NCBI GenBank assembly: GCA_048886685.1
Contig: JBHLKM010000010.1
Location: 106,106-170,105, forward strand
Source: Candidatus Hodarchaeota archaeon
GTDB taxonomy: Archaea; Asgardarchaeota; Lokiarchaeia; Sigyniarchaeales; SOKP01
DNA: 64,000 nt
Direction of reading: 5' to 3'
The notes under the pieces were generated by a model. It had not been told where the DNA came from and ran no database searches. It saw only the letters and a list, made by a program, of their open reading frames with translations. Shown piece by piece: positions 1-10,559 of this stretch; position 1 is the stretch's first letter, and each line of letters begins with the position of its first letter. The translations under genes and the position numbers were made by a program.

Positions 1-23
1 AAGGAATAATAAATCTGATTTTT

Positions 24-608
24 TCAATTCTCTTTTAAGAATTCAACTAATTTTTCTAAAGCTTGGCCTCTATGTGAGATTTTATTTTTTTCTTCTATAG
101 ATAACTCAGCAAAAGTTTTATCTGGAATGACATTTGGGATGAATATAGGATCAAATCCAAATCCTCCTTTACCTCTGATAGCATTGGATACTTTTCCTTC
201 AACTTTTCCTTCAAAAATTAAAGTTTTATCACTTGGTTTAAAATATAATGCAATCACTGCTAAGAAATGAGCTGATGAGTTACTAAAATCATTAATTAAT
301 TTAAGTACCCCCTCATTCCCGATAGTTTGTAAGACATATGAAGAATATACTCCAGGAAATCCATTAAGTGGCTTATCTACAAAAAAACCAGCATCTTCTA
401 TGAAGAAAGAACCTTCTAAATGACATCTTACACTATTTAATTTAAATAAAGCTACATCTTTAATTGTTTTTGCTTGGATTTCAGTTGTTTTGATATCTCT
501 TTGTTTTAAAGCATACTTTATATTCTTTTGCTTAAAAAATGTCGAAAATTCTCGGAATTTATATGCATTTCCCGTAATAAAGTAAACAGTGTTTTCATCA
601 TTGTTCAT
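24..608 (-). CDS. rdgB: Ham1/RdgB family non-canonical purine NTP pyrophosphatase (XTP/dITP diphosphatase)
   Basis: Motifs FITGNxxK, EDAG, GFPGVYS, GFGFDPIF, TFAEL and KNKISHR. Confidence 0.95.
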   Translation of the reverse strand: MNNDENTVYFITGNAYKFREFSTFFKQKNIKYALKQRDIKTTEIQAKTIKDVALFKLNSVRCHLEGSFFIEDAGFFVDKPLNGFPGVYSSYVLQTIGNEGVLKLINDFSNSSAHFLAVIALYFKPSDKTLIFEGKVEGKVSNAIRGKGGFGFDPIFIPNVIPDKTFAELSIEEKNKISHRGQALEKLVEFLKEN

Positions 609-833
609 ATATATTATAATTATGCTATATTTTTAGTTATTTTTTAAATTTAAATAAGAAGCTCAATAAAGATATTTTGATTTCAGTTTTAATTACCAAT
701 TAATTTTTTGATCTTGAAAATAAATTTAGTGCTTTTCCACAGCTTCATCCAAAACTTTATTTTGTATATTTCTTTATTTATGGTATATTATTATTTTAAA
801 AATCTGTAAAGAAAGAGATTAGATGAGCGAAAA

Positions 834-1292
834 ATGGCTCGGATGCATAGCAGAAAGAAAGGACAAAGTGGTTCCACGAGACCTGCCAGACTGGAGAAAC
901 CAGTTTGGGTGGAATTAAGCCCTGATGAAGTTGAAAATGAGGTTGTCAAGTTAGCTAGAAGAGGACATTCAAAATCAATGATAGGTACTATTATGAGGGA
1001 TTCTCGTGGAGTTCCCTTAGTTAAAGTTGTTACGGGTAAAAAAGTAAGTCAAATTCTTGAATCAAATGATATAAAAGATCCACTTCCAGAAGACTTAACC
1101 AATTTAATAAGAAAAGCTTTAAATATTAGAAAACATCTCGAGAACAATCATAAAGATCTAGAAACTAAGAAGGGATTAAATAGAACAGAATCTAAAATAT
1201 ATCGCCTTATAAAATATTATAAAAAGAAAAAAGTATTAGCTGCCGATTTTAGATATGATCCAGATAAAATCAGAACTTTAGTTGCACGTTAA
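834..1292 (+). CDS. rps15: 30S ribosomal protein uS15 (archaeal S15/S13e)
   Basis: MARMHSRKKGQSGS N-terminus, LPEDL, H..DL..K.GL...ESKIYRL..YYK. Confidence 0.97.
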   Translation: MARMHSRKKGQSGSTRPARLEKPVWVELSPDEVENEVVKLARRGHSKSMIGTIMRDSRGVPLVKVVTGKKVSQILESNDIKDPLPEDLTNLIRKALNIRKHLENNHKDLETKKGLNRTESKIYRLIKYYKKKKVLAADFRYDPDKIRTLVAR

Positions 1293-1306
1293 GGGGAGGA
1301 TTTACT

Positions 1307-2080
1307 GTGAGTTCAAGAGCAAGAAAAAAAAAACCAAAAATTAAGAAAGTTACTTTTAAAGATAAATCTTGGTACCAGATAATAACACCGAAAATATTTA
1401 ATTTTAAACCGATTGGTGAAATTTTAGGTGTCGAAGATAATGTAATAGGAAGAACCATCGAAACTCTTCTTTTTGACTTCACTGGAAAATATACTGATAT
1501 TAGTTTAAAGTTAAAATTTCAAGTTAATGATGTTAATAATGAAGCAAGAAAATGTAACGCTATTTTTATTGGTCATCAATACACAAATGATTTCATTCGT
1601 TCACTAATCGGTAGAGGTAGTTCAAAAATACAGACTATATTAAATTTAACTACTAAAGATGGATACATTTTTCGAATTACTACAATATGTACAACTTTAA
1701 AAAGAGCGAGAAATTCCCAAATTGTTTTGATTCGAAAAATAATGAGAGAGATTTTATGGGAATTTGCAAAATCACTTAATCATGAGAAATTTATAGCAGG
1801 TGTAATTTATGGTGAATTTCAAAATCAAATACGTAGAGTGGCTAAAACAATCTACCCTTTAACCAACTGTGTGGTAGTTAAGAGTAAACTTCTCTCTATT
1901 CCTGAAGGTGGGGAAGATAGGATAGTACCAGATGATCAATTCGATATTGTTGAAGTAGATATTAAAAGATCTCGAAAATCAGAAATAAGACGCTCTGAAA
2001 GAATAAATGTTAAGAAACTTGCTCAAACTAAAACTTCTACTTCAGGGGATACAGATAATAACGAGGATGACGTAGAATAG
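1307..2080 (+). CDS. rps3ae: 30S ribosomal protein eS1 (S3Ae)
   Basis: K.K.WYQIITPKIF, GRTIETLL.DFTG, TTKDGY, IYPL; GTG start preceded by GGGGAGG; directly after uS15 as in other archaea. Confidence 0.93.
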   Translation: MSSRARKKKPKIKKVTFKDKSWYQIITPKIFNFKPIGEILGVEDNVIGRTIETLLFDFTGKYTDISLKLKFQVNDVNNEARKCNAIFIGHQYTNDFIRSLIGRGSSKIQTILNLTTKDGYIFRITTICTTLKRARNSQIVLIRKIMREILWEFAKSLNHEKFIAGVIYGEFQNQIRRVAKTIYPLTNCVVVKSKLLSIPEGGEDRIVPDDQFDIVEVDIKRSRKSEIRRSERINVKKLAQTKTSTSGDTDNNEDDVE

Positions 2081-2242
2081 CCTAATCCCTAATAAAACTA
2101 TTACTTAATCTAAAATATCAATAAAATTAAGAATAAACTTCATTTTACACATAAAGTAATTTATTCTTAAAATCATATATTTATATAAAATCTATTCTAT
2201 TATTTTTATAGCCCGTAAATTATTAAGAATTAGGGAAAAATT

Positions 2243-3988
2243 ATGTCAAATCAAGAGGGAGATCGTAATAATCAATATAATTTTGATGATTTTTTGTTAG
2301 TTAGAGATAATTTTAACTATTACTCTGATGATAAGTTTTTTCAAGAATTAGTTAGAAAATATACTGGAGATGAGTTTGAACAAATTGATCGGGAGCTTAG
2401 AGCACTCTCGGATTATGTTTCATTTAGATTCAAAAATCTAGCCGAAAAAGCAAATGAGTTAGAAAATCGAATAAAAGTTACAAAACTAAAACACTACGAT
2501 GCTCATAATCATAGGATTGATAGAATAGAACGTTGTTTGGAGACTGAAACATTAGAACAAGAAATTTTTAGTCTCGGTCTTTTTGATCCTATAAGAAATA
2601 GTCCTTGGAGTAGATTTGTTAAAATGTTTGTGCTATATGAGAATGGAGAGGCTGGTGTTATGTGCCCCGTGGCGTGTTCGCATGGAGCTGTTGAGCTTAT
2701 GCAGAAGTTTAAGGATATTTTGGGTCCTGAAGCGAAAAAAATTCTTGAACATATGAGAGATGGAAAAAATGGAGAATACGCTAGGGGAGCGCAATTTGTA
2801 ACCGAAATACAAGGTGGAAGCGATATTCCTTCCAATCTTGTAGAAGCAGTTTTTGAAACTGAAGAGGGTGCAGATGGAATTTCAAATTGTTGGAGGTTAT
2901 ATGGGCAAAAATTTTTCTGTTCAGCAACTCATGCTGACTATGCTATTGTTACAGCAAAACCAAAAGGTGTGGAATCTTCTACTAAAGTCGCGGCCTTTGT
3001 TGTACCTTCCTGGCTTCCTGGAAATAAAGAGAAAGAAATAAGAAACTCATATACTATTGATAGGTTAAAACAAAAGTTGGGAACTGCAGAGTTACCTACC
3101 GCAGAAATCACCTATAACGGAGCAGTAGCATATCCTGTAGGTCCTCTTGAAAAGGGTCTCGCTAATGTTGTTGGTATAGTCCTTTCACTTTCTAGACTTC
3201 ATGTGGCTGTTGGAATGGCTGCTGGTGCTTTAAGGGTAGCAAGGGAAGCAATATTATATTCACAATTTAGAAGTGCTTTTGGAGTTCCAATTTCTTCATT
3301 TCCATTAATGATTAACCAAATAAAAGATTTAGAACATTATTCTAAGAGAAGCGCTGCTGGAGCATTTAAAGTCTATTCAGAATATATTCATTTTGGAGAA
3401 GAATTGATTAGTGGTATAAGAGAATTGGAAAAAATAGATAATATCGAAGAACGTAAACGCCGTTTCAGATTACGTGAATTAGTAATGCTGCAAAAAATCG
3501 TAGTTGCTGATGAAGCTCCAGCGATGATACGTAAAGCAATTTCATTTTTTGGGGGTCATGGTATTATGGAAGATTTCTTATCTTTTCCACGATTACATCG
3601 TGATTCTATGATCATGGAATTATGGGAGGGGCCCAGGAACGTTCTTCTAGCTCAGATTCATCGAGATCTCTCGAGAGTAAAAGAATGGTATCCTTTAGAA
3701 GACTTTTGTAGAGATTTACTAAAGGGAACTGATTCTGATAATATGGAAAAATATATATCAGAATTCACGAGAATAATGTCTCATGAAAGTCTTCTTACAA
3801 ATGATCAAAAAACATTAGCAATCTGTCGTGATTGGGAAGGATTTTCGAATAAGCTATTTATTGCATATCAAGAACAAGCTCTTAGAGAACTTAATTATAA
3901 GGGTGAACCATTGAAATTTTCAAAATTATTACGTGAATTTAAAAAAAAGAAGAACCAAGAACTTCAAGTAGAAATGGTAGTTCAATAA
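2243..3988 (+). CDS. Acyl-CoA dehydrogenase family protein (AidB-like)
   Basis: AQFVTEIQGGSD, WRLYGQKFFCS, RLKQKLGT, GGHG, ELWEGPRNV. Confidence 0.9.
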   Translation: MSNQEGDRNNQYNFDDFLLVRDNFNYYSDDKFFQELVRKYTGDEFEQIDRELRALSDYVSFRFKNLAEKANELENRIKVTKLKHYDAHNHRIDRIERCLETETLEQEIFSLGLFDPIRNSPWSRFVKMFVLYENGEAGVMCPVACSHGAVELMQKFKDILGPEAKKILEHMRDGKNGEYARGAQFVTEIQGGSDIPSNLVEAVFETEEGADGISNCWRLYGQKFFCSATHADYAIVTAKPKGVESSTKVAAFVVPSWLPGNKEKEIRNSYTIDRLKQKLGTAELPTAEITYNGAVAYPVGPLEKGLANVVGIVLSLSRLHVAVGMAAGALRVAREAILYSQFRSAFGVPISSFPLMINQIKDLEHYSKRSAAGAFKVYSEYIHFGEELISGIRELEKIDNIEERKRRFRLRELVMLQKIVVADEAPAMIRKAISFFGGHGIMEDFLSFPRLHRDSMIMELWEGPRNVLLAQIHRDLSRVKEWYPLEDFCRDLLKGTDSDNMEKYISEFTRIMSHESLLTNDQKTLAICRDWEGFSNKLFIAYQEQALRELNYKGEPLKFSKLLREFKKKKNQELQVEMVVQ

Positions 3989-3998
3989 AATTTATTAA

Positions 3999-5291
3999 TT
4001 AAATGAGAGTGGATTTTTTTATAATTTTACCACTTGAATCTTGATAGTAGAGCGAATTGGGTGCTACATCTTCATTAACTAGAGTGTGTGCTCCGATAAT
4101 AGAATTTTCACCTACCTTTTTTCCACACATGATACTTGCATTGATGCCTGTTTGAGAATTTGGTCCTAAAATTGCGCCTAACTTTCTTAGTTTTGAATCA
4201 ATTAATTTTCCATTTATATTCATCTTTATATTCTGATTATCAAAACGGAGGTTGGACAATTTTGTACCAGCGCCAAGATTAACATTTTCACATATAATTG
4301 AATCTCCTACGTAATTAAAGTGTGGAATAGCTGAATTTGAAAAGACTAAAGAATTTTTTACTTCACTCATTCCAACATGACAACTATCATTAATAGATGT
4401 GTACGGTCGAATAAATGCATTCGGTCCAATTAAACAATTTTCACCAATATAGCAAGGTCCCTCGATATAAGATCCCGATTTGATAATTGAATTTTTTCCA
4501 ATATAAACATTCCCAGAAATAGTAACATTTTCTTCAATCGTACCTAAAATTTGGGCTTCTAACTTTTTTAGTAGATAATTGTTTACTTCGAATATTTGCC
4601 ATGGAAGCCCTAAATCATTCCAATAAAGATTTCTGATGATATAACCCTTGATTTTTCCACCTAATTCCCTAATTAAGATCTCCATGGAATCTGTAAACTC
4701 ATATTCATTTCTAATAGATTTTTTTGTTCTTTCAATTGCTTCAAATATCAAAGAATTAAAGATATAGATTCCTGCATTTGCCAAATTTCCTAATTTCAAA
4801 TTTGAAGAAGGTTTTTCAGTAATTTGTTCTACAAAACCGTCTCTATTTAAAGAAATAATTCCATAATTTTGAGGGTTATCAACTTCTAATATGGTTAATA
4901 AACCCTCAATTTTCTTTTTATTATATTCATTTAATATATTTTTAAAGATATCTGATTCTATATATAAATCTCCATACAACATTAGAAATGGTTCATCATC
5001 AATAGAATCTCTTACCTGATTTGCCGCGTGTGCTGTTCCTAGATACTCTTTTTGAGTGATATATTCAATTTTTACATCTAATTCGGTGATATTGTTATTA
5101 AAATGGTTCCGGATCACATCTTCTTTATAACCAATAATTAATATGATATGGTCTATCCCAGCTTCTTTTAAACCTATAATTGTATGCTCCAACAGAGGCT
5201 TGCCAATGAGAGGAATCATAGGTTTTGGTTGTGAAGATGTTATAGGTCGTAACCTCTTTCCCTCACCTGCAGCTAATATGACAGCTTTCAT
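3999..5291 (-). CDS. glmU: Bifunctional sugar-1-phosphate nucleotidylyltransferase/acetyltransferase (archaeal GlmU-like)
   Basis: MKAVILAAGEGKRLRP, C-terminal hexapeptide repeats, HFNYVGDS, NLGAGT, NLRFD. Confidence 0.9.
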   Translation of the reverse strand: MKAVILAAGEGKRLRPITSSQPKPMIPLIGKPLLEHTIIGLKEAGIDHIILIIGYKEDVIRNHFNNNITELDVKIEYITQKEYLGTAHAANQVRDSIDDEPFLMLYGDLYIESDIFKNILNEYNKKKIEGLLTILEVDNPQNYGIISLNRDGFVEQITEKPSSNLKLGNLANAGIYIFNSLIFEAIERTKKSIRNEYEFTDSMEILIRELGGKIKGYIIRNLYWNDLGLPWQIFEVNNYLLKKLEAQILGTIEENVTISGNVYIGKNSIIKSGSYIEGPCYIGENCLIGPNAFIRPYTSINDSCHVGMSEVKNSLVFSNSAIPHFNYVGDSIICENVNLGAGTKLSNLRFDNQNIKMNINGKLIDSKLRKLGAILGPNSQTGINASIMCGKKVGENSIIGAHTLVNEDVAPNSLYYQDSSGKIIKKSTLI

Positions 5292-5318
5292 AAGTAAAAT
5301 TAGATATTTTTTTATAAT

Positions 5319-6212
5319 TTACTTATCAAATTGATTAACAACTTCATCAAGATGTTGCTTTAAGTGTTTAAAGGGTTTTAAATCCCCAGCAAATTCCTGG
5401 GTAAAAATGGTATCTAGTGCCATTTTAGATTTAAATTGTTTAAAAATATCCTTGATTTTATAGAAATTCCCAGAAGCAACAAAATCTAATGAATAGCCAT
5501 TAATATTATCAAATAATATAATCATTTTGTTTTTGATATCTTCAGTATCAATGAGATGAATTTCTTTTATTCTTGTTTTTGCTCGGATTTGAGTATTCAT
5601 TGAAATAGTTTCTAATTTTGCAGAAAGATCTGATGTGAATAGTTCAATATTTTCATTGGTTTTTTCCTGTGTTAAATTCATTAGTAAATTTGTGTCATAA
5701 AGTTGAGATATAATAGGTAATCCCTGTGATGATATTCCTGCATAAAGGATTGAATTTTTATAATCATTCTCATTCTCGTCAAAAATTATCTCCTCTTCTA
5801 ATGGTTCTGTATACTTTTCTTTCAAGTAGGTTGTAATTAAAGAGATTATCTCTTTGAATGTAGATTCTTCGGAAGCACTTTTTAATTCAGCTAGATTTTT
5901 ATAGTGGAGATTGACTTGTTTACTAAATTCATTCACAGTATTAGAAGATTCCTCAGAACCTACATTAAAATTACCAATAATACAAAAAAACAAGTTCTGC
6001 TGTTTCTTTGTAACTATATGCTTTACTATTATTCTTTCTTGTCCTATTTTATGATCCTTATAACAGATTTTTTTCAATCGCCAAGTATTTCTAGGATTGA
6101 TACTACGCAATAATTTTTCTAAAAAAAGAATTATCTCAAATGAATTATACTTTTTACTATCTGAACAATATAAAACATCTTCTTCTAATATAATTGCAAA
6201 GCCAGTGATCAT
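5319..6212 (-). CDS. Hypothetical protein with two putative longin/roadblock-like domains
   Basis: N-terminal beta-beta-helix-beta3-helix2 pattern; second domain ILYAGISSQGLPIISQ followed by a long helix and beta strands. Fold is inferred. Confidence 0.5.
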   Translation of the reverse strand: MITGFAIILEEDVLYCSDSKKYNSFEIILFLEKLLRSINPRNTWRLKKICYKDHKIGQERIIVKHIVTKKQQNLFFCIIGNFNVGSEESSNTVNEFSKQVNLHYKNLAELKSASEESTFKEIISLITTYLKEKYTEPLEEEIIFDENENDYKNSILYAGISSQGLPIISQLYDTNLLMNLTQEKTNENIELFTSDLSAKLETISMNTQIRAKTRIKEIHLIDTEDIKNKMIILFDNINGYSLDFVASGNFYKIKDIFKQFKSKMALDTIFTQEFAGDLKPFKHLKQHLDEVVNQFDK

Positions 6213-6403
6213 AGAAAAAACTCTAAGAATGTTTGAAAAGATAATTAATGAGCTCTTATATGGTTACTAACTTTTAAGAAATATATTTTTTTTTAAATTA
6301 ATTAAATCTCAGAATTAAAATTTTTCCAAAATCATAGCTATAAATTTATTAGCGATACAACTCTTAAGAAATTAATAATTGACGGAGTAATATTTTTATC
6401 CAT

Positions 6404-7210
6404 ATGAAACCACTGGAACTATCTGAAAGAGAAAAAGTTAAGAAAGCCGCGGAGTTACTTGCAAATTCTAAAAATTCTATAGTATTAACTGGAGCAGGAA
6501 TTTCGACAGAATCTGGTATTCCTGACTTTAGAGGAGAAGGTGGAATTTGGGATAAATACAAACCTGAAATTTATGGTAATATAGAATCTTTTCTAAAAGA
6601 TCCTTCAAAATTTTGGAAAATGGCAGAAGATATAGCTCCCACTCTTTTTGATGCTAAACCAAATCCTGGTCATTTTGCTTTAGCTGAACTTGAAAAATTG
6701 AAAATAATAAAAGCGATTATCACTCAGAATGTGGATGAGTTACATCAAAAAGCTGGTGCAGTTATTGTTTATGAAGTTCATGGAAATATTAACAGATTTA
6801 CTTGTTTTGGATGTGGTGCAAGTTATAATAAAGAACAGGTTTTAAAAAAGTTAAAAAGGGGAAAAAAATCAACACCTCTTTGTGATTATTGTGGAGCGCC
6901 ATTGAAACCTTCTGTAGTCTTATTTGGAGAGGATCTCCCTAAATTTGAAAAATATATGTCTATTGATTTGGCAAAGAAAGCTGATGTAATGTTAATTGCG
7001 GGATCTTCCTTAACTGTGGCTCCAATATGTGACTTACCTGTATATACTCTAAGTGGAGGTGGTAAATTAATAATTGCGAATGACCAACCTACTCATTTGG
7101 ATGATGCAGCAGAAATATTATTCAAAAATAAAACAGGTATAATATTACCGTTAATTGTTGAAGAAATAAAAAAGATTAAAATAGAACACGAATCTGAATT
7201 TAACAGATAG
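6404..7210 (+). CDS. cobB: Sir2/CobB NAD-dependent protein deacylase
   Basis: LTGAGISTESGIPDFRG, ITQNVDELHQKAG, HG, two CxxC, VVLFGE, GSSL. Confidence 0.96.
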   Translation: MKPLELSEREKVKKAAELLANSKNSIVLTGAGISTESGIPDFRGEGGIWDKYKPEIYGNIESFLKDPSKFWKMAEDIAPTLFDAKPNPGHFALAELEKLKIIKAIITQNVDELHQKAGAVIVYEVHGNINRFTCFGCGASYNKEQVLKKLKRGKKSTPLCDYCGAPLKPSVVLFGEDLPKFEKYMSIDLAKKADVMLIAGSSLTVAPICDLPVYTLSGGGKLIIANDQPTHLDDAAEILFKNKTGIILPLIVEEIKKIKIEHESEFNR

Positions 7211-8794
7211 ATGTATAATGAAAATTTAATTGTTAAAGATTGGAGAGTAATAGATTTTTCTTTTGGGTTGATATACCCTAATGTGTATAAGATAGGGATG
7301 TCATCATATTCTATTAGGTTGCTTTATGATTTAATTAATTCTTATGATAATATCGCTTGTGAACGTATATTTTTACCTGATAATATTAAATTTCCGGCAT
7401 CATGTGATTATTCTTCAGAAAATTTTGTAAGATCAATAGAAAATAAAGTATTGCCAAGGGATTTTGATATCTTAGGCTTTTCACTACATTTTGAAAATGA
7501 TTTTAGGAATATTTTATGGATTTTAGAAAAGGCGAATATTCCCATTACATTTCAAAAAAGACAAGAATTAATAAGAAATGAGAATTTTAATTTTCCTCTA
7601 ATCATTGGAGGAGGTCCTGTAGTTACATCTAATCCTACCTCTTTAAGCAAAATATTTGATATTCTCTTTATTGGTGATGCAGAGCCAAATTTAGATATGT
7701 TTTTTAAATTATTCCAAGATTACAAAGACCAAAGAATATCTTATTCAAAATTTCTAAATGATTTAAAAATAATAGAAGGTATATACATCCCATCATTAAA
7801 TAATAAAGCAAAAAGAGCTGTTCTTAAGAATTTAGATAACTCTCCTATCCCAATTAACCAATTAATGGTGAAATTATCTAAATATGAGTCTATTTTTGAA
7901 AGAAACTTTTTTATTGAAACAAATCGAGGTTGTCCTTATCAATGTAAGTTTTGTATATCATCCTTTCATAATTCTCCCTTTAGAAATAGAAGCTATGAAA
8001 ATATAATTACTGTAATTGATAACGCCCTAGAGATTTTAGATTTTGATACATTTAGCCTAATAGGATCTTGTGTTTCATCTCATCCAAAATTCCAACAAAT
8101 TTGTGAATATATAATCAGTAGGGGAAAAAGATTAACTCTACCTTCATTGCGTATTGAGCACCTTACTCCAGAAATAATTCAAATTCTTGAATCAGGAGGT
8201 ATAAAGACTATTACAGTTGCTCCTGAGGCAGGATCAGAGAGTCTAAGATATGCATTAGGAAAAATGATATCAAATGATAAAATAATTTCGGTTTTATCTC
8301 AAATAAAGGATTCAGAGATTAGAAATGTTAAGTTCTACTTTTTAATTGGTTTACCTAATGAAAATGAAAAAGATATAGAGGAAATAATTGATTTATTAAA
8401 ATCTATTGATAAACTAGGTTTTAAAAGTAACTCGCTAAGAGTAAATATAAACCCTCTTATCCCAAAATTAAATACTCCTTATGAAAAAAAAATTAATTTT
8501 TACTTTGATAAAGAATTAAACAAACTGATTCTAAAATATCAGAAAATTGAAAAAGAACTAAAAAAATTACACTCAATCAAAATAAAATTCATGAAATATA
8601 AGACAATAGTGAAAAACGCGCGTCTTCAAACATTAATCTCTTTAGGAGATAATAAAGTCTCAGATGTTCTTATAAATTATTATCAAAATGGTGCAAATTT
8701 TGGAGCTTTAAAAAAAGCAGAGAAAAATCTCCACTTTTTGATGGATAATTATCTATTAAAAATTAAAGAATGTTATAGTCCTTGGAAAATATAA
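7211..8794 (+). CDS. B12-binding-domain-type radical SAM protein
   Basis: YPNVYKIGMS, IETNRGCPYQCKFC (CxxxCxxC), APEAGSE, YFLIGLP. Confidence 0.88.
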   Translation: MYNENLIVKDWRVIDFSFGLIYPNVYKIGMSSYSIRLLYDLINSYDNIACERIFLPDNIKFPASCDYSSENFVRSIENKVLPRDFDILGFSLHFENDFRNILWILEKANIPITFQKRQELIRNENFNFPLIIGGGPVVTSNPTSLSKIFDILFIGDAEPNLDMFFKLFQDYKDQRISYSKFLNDLKIIEGIYIPSLNNKAKRAVLKNLDNSPIPINQLMVKLSKYESIFERNFFIETNRGCPYQCKFCISSFHNSPFRNRSYENIITVIDNALEILDFDTFSLIGSCVSSHPKFQQICEYIISRGKRLTLPSLRIEHLTPEIIQILESGGIKTITVAPEAGSESLRYALGKMISNDKIISVLSQIKDSEIRNVKFYFLIGLPNENEKDIEEIIDLLKSIDKLGFKSNSLRVNINPLIPKLNTPYEKKINFYFDKELNKLILKYQKIEKELKKLHSIKIKFMKYKTIVKNARLQTLISLGDNKVSDVLINYYQNGANFGALKKAEKNLHFLMDNYLLKIKECYSPWKI

Positions 8795-8816
8795 AATAAA
8801 TAAAAAAAAAGAATTC

Positions 8817-9320
8817 TTAATCAATTTTTTTGAACATTTTTCTTACTGTCCCACAAACAGGACATTTTTCTGGCGGTTCTTCTTCATGAGTGTAACCGCA
8901 TACTGGACATATGTAAATATCTTGCTTTTCTAAATCCTTACCTTTTTCAACTGCTTCTAAAGCAATTTCGTAGAGTTTATGATGAATTTTTTCGACTTCA
9001 TTAGCATAGTTAAAGGTTCTTTCAGCACCTTTATTATCTTCAGCTTTAGCATCTTCAATGAATTCAGGGTACATTTTTGTAAATTCATGATGCTCTCCCT
9101 CTACGGCTGCTTGAATATTTTCTTTAGTTGATTTTATACCTCCAAGTTCTCTGAGATGGTTATGAGCATGAACCGTTTCAGCAGCAGCAGCAGCTCTAAA
9201 AAGCTTTGCTACTTGTGGAAATCCATCTTTATCTGCCTTCTCAGCAAAAGCCAAATATTTACGATTTGCTTGCGATTCACCTGCAAATGCAGCTTTTAGA
9301 TTTTCTTCTGATCTAGTCAT
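8817..9320 (-). CDS. rbr: Rubrerythrin
   Basis: AFAGESQAN, AETVHA, EKIH and C-terminal rubredoxin motifs CPVCGY...CPVCG. Confidence 0.96.
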   Translation of the reverse strand: MTRSEENLKAAFAGESQANRKYLAFAEKADKDGFPQVAKLFRAAAAAETVHAHNHLRELGGIKSTKENIQAAVEGEHHEFTKMYPEFIEDAKAEDNKGAERTFNYANEVEKIHHKLYEIALEAVEKGKDLEKQDIYICPVCGYTHEEEPPEKCPVCGTVRKMFKKID

Positions 9321-9474
9321 ATTTTTTTCACATTGAAGAAATTTTATTTTAAGATTATATTAAGAGATTTTTTAATTTGGGTTTTATAATTAATAAATTA
9401 AATTCTAATATTGTGGAATTCTCTTCTAAAATTAATAGTGCCAAATTTAAAAATATAAAGATAAAATCTAAAGC

Positions 9475-9804
9475 TTAATTTGATATTACAATTTTTATTT
9501 TGTTCACAACCTTATTTAAGTAATGTTCGGCTAAGCCAAATTTTACATTTAAACTAAATATTAATATAATAAAATAAGTATCAAGCACATAATCAGAAAA
9601 AATAAATTTCTTATCTCTAAAAGTGAGGAACAATTTTAGAATTGAATTATTATGAATTTTAACGCGGCAATCGACCTCCTTTAAAAACTTTTTCAAATCT
9701 AACTTGTCATAAGAAGAAAAAATTACATGTTCTCTGTCAGTTAGAAGAACTAATCCCTCTATATCGTCTATTGAAGTTAAATCCTTTAAACAGGCAATAA
9801 TTAT
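9475..9804 (-). CDS. Roadblock/LC7 (MglB-like) domain protein; start uncertain (ATA/ATT, or disrupted by an in-frame TAA)
   Basis: Frame stays open upstream of the tracked TTG (9696) to a TAA at 9810-9808, adding IIIACLKDLTSIDDIEGLVLLTDREHVIFSS; C-terminus IILIFSLNVKFGLAEHYLNKVVNKI; overall roadblock helix-beta-beta-helix-beta3-helix pattern. Confidence 0.6.
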   Translation of the reverse strand: MIIACLKDLTSIDDIEGLVLLTDREHVIFSSYDKLDLKKFLKEVDCRVKIHNNSILKLFLTFRDKKFIFSDYVLDTYFIILIFSLNVKFGLAEHYLNKVVNKIKIVISN

Positions 9805-10131
9805 TAATTAATTTTTTCTTAATTTAGATCTCAAATTATTCAATTAATTTTCTATTTAGAGAAATAGATTTCATTAAAATAACGCTTGTGTAAAAGTTAA
9901 TTCCAATATTTCCGATTTGTAAATAAATATTTCTTAGTAATTTTTGGATTAAATGTGAGTTACGTCCCAATTTTTATATATTTTTGATATTGCAAAATCT
10001 GTATTTAGAGCATTGTTATTCATCGTTTAAGATGATCTGACCTTAAAGTTTAAAAATAAGGAAGACGGAATAATATTTAAAATATAAATTTATTTAAAAC
10101 TCTTTAAAATCATTATAGGAGGAATAAAAAA

Positions 10132-10329
10132 ATGGCTAAAAAAGCAGCTGTAGAGGCTCTGTTTGTAAAAAGTAAAGTTCGAGAGTACATCAAAGGAAAA
10201 GGATGCAATACAAGTGGAGACTTGATTGATGGTCCCGCACTTAACAATGCTATTATTGAAATCCTTGACAAAGCTATTGGAAGAGCCAAGGCTAATAATA
10301 GGAAAACAGTTCAAGAAAAAGATTTATAG
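10132..10329 (+). CDS. Small histone-fold protein with truncated alpha3 (HTkC/Bd0055-like)
   Basis: 65 aa, basic; LFVKSKVREYIK helix 1, NTSGD loop, long helix 2 ending RAKANNRKTVQEKDL; SD AGGAGG upstream. Confidence 0.85.
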   Translation: MAKKAAVEALFVKSKVREYIKGKGCNTSGDLIDGPALNNAIIEILDKAIGRAKANNRKTVQEKDL

Positions 10330-10559
10330 ATTTCTTGCTCAAAACCTTAAACTAAAGTTTTTTTTTCATCTTATTTTCTCTCATAAAACTTTATCATTAA
10401 ATCACTAATTTGATGGTGTATTTAGTTTTAAATTATCAAAATTTTATCTTTTAACATAACTACACACACAACCACAATAAATAAAGAATAAAAATTCCTC
10501 CCCAAATCGCCTTATACCTCGGACTCCTTCTAGAGAATCGGAATTATTTATTCTTATTT

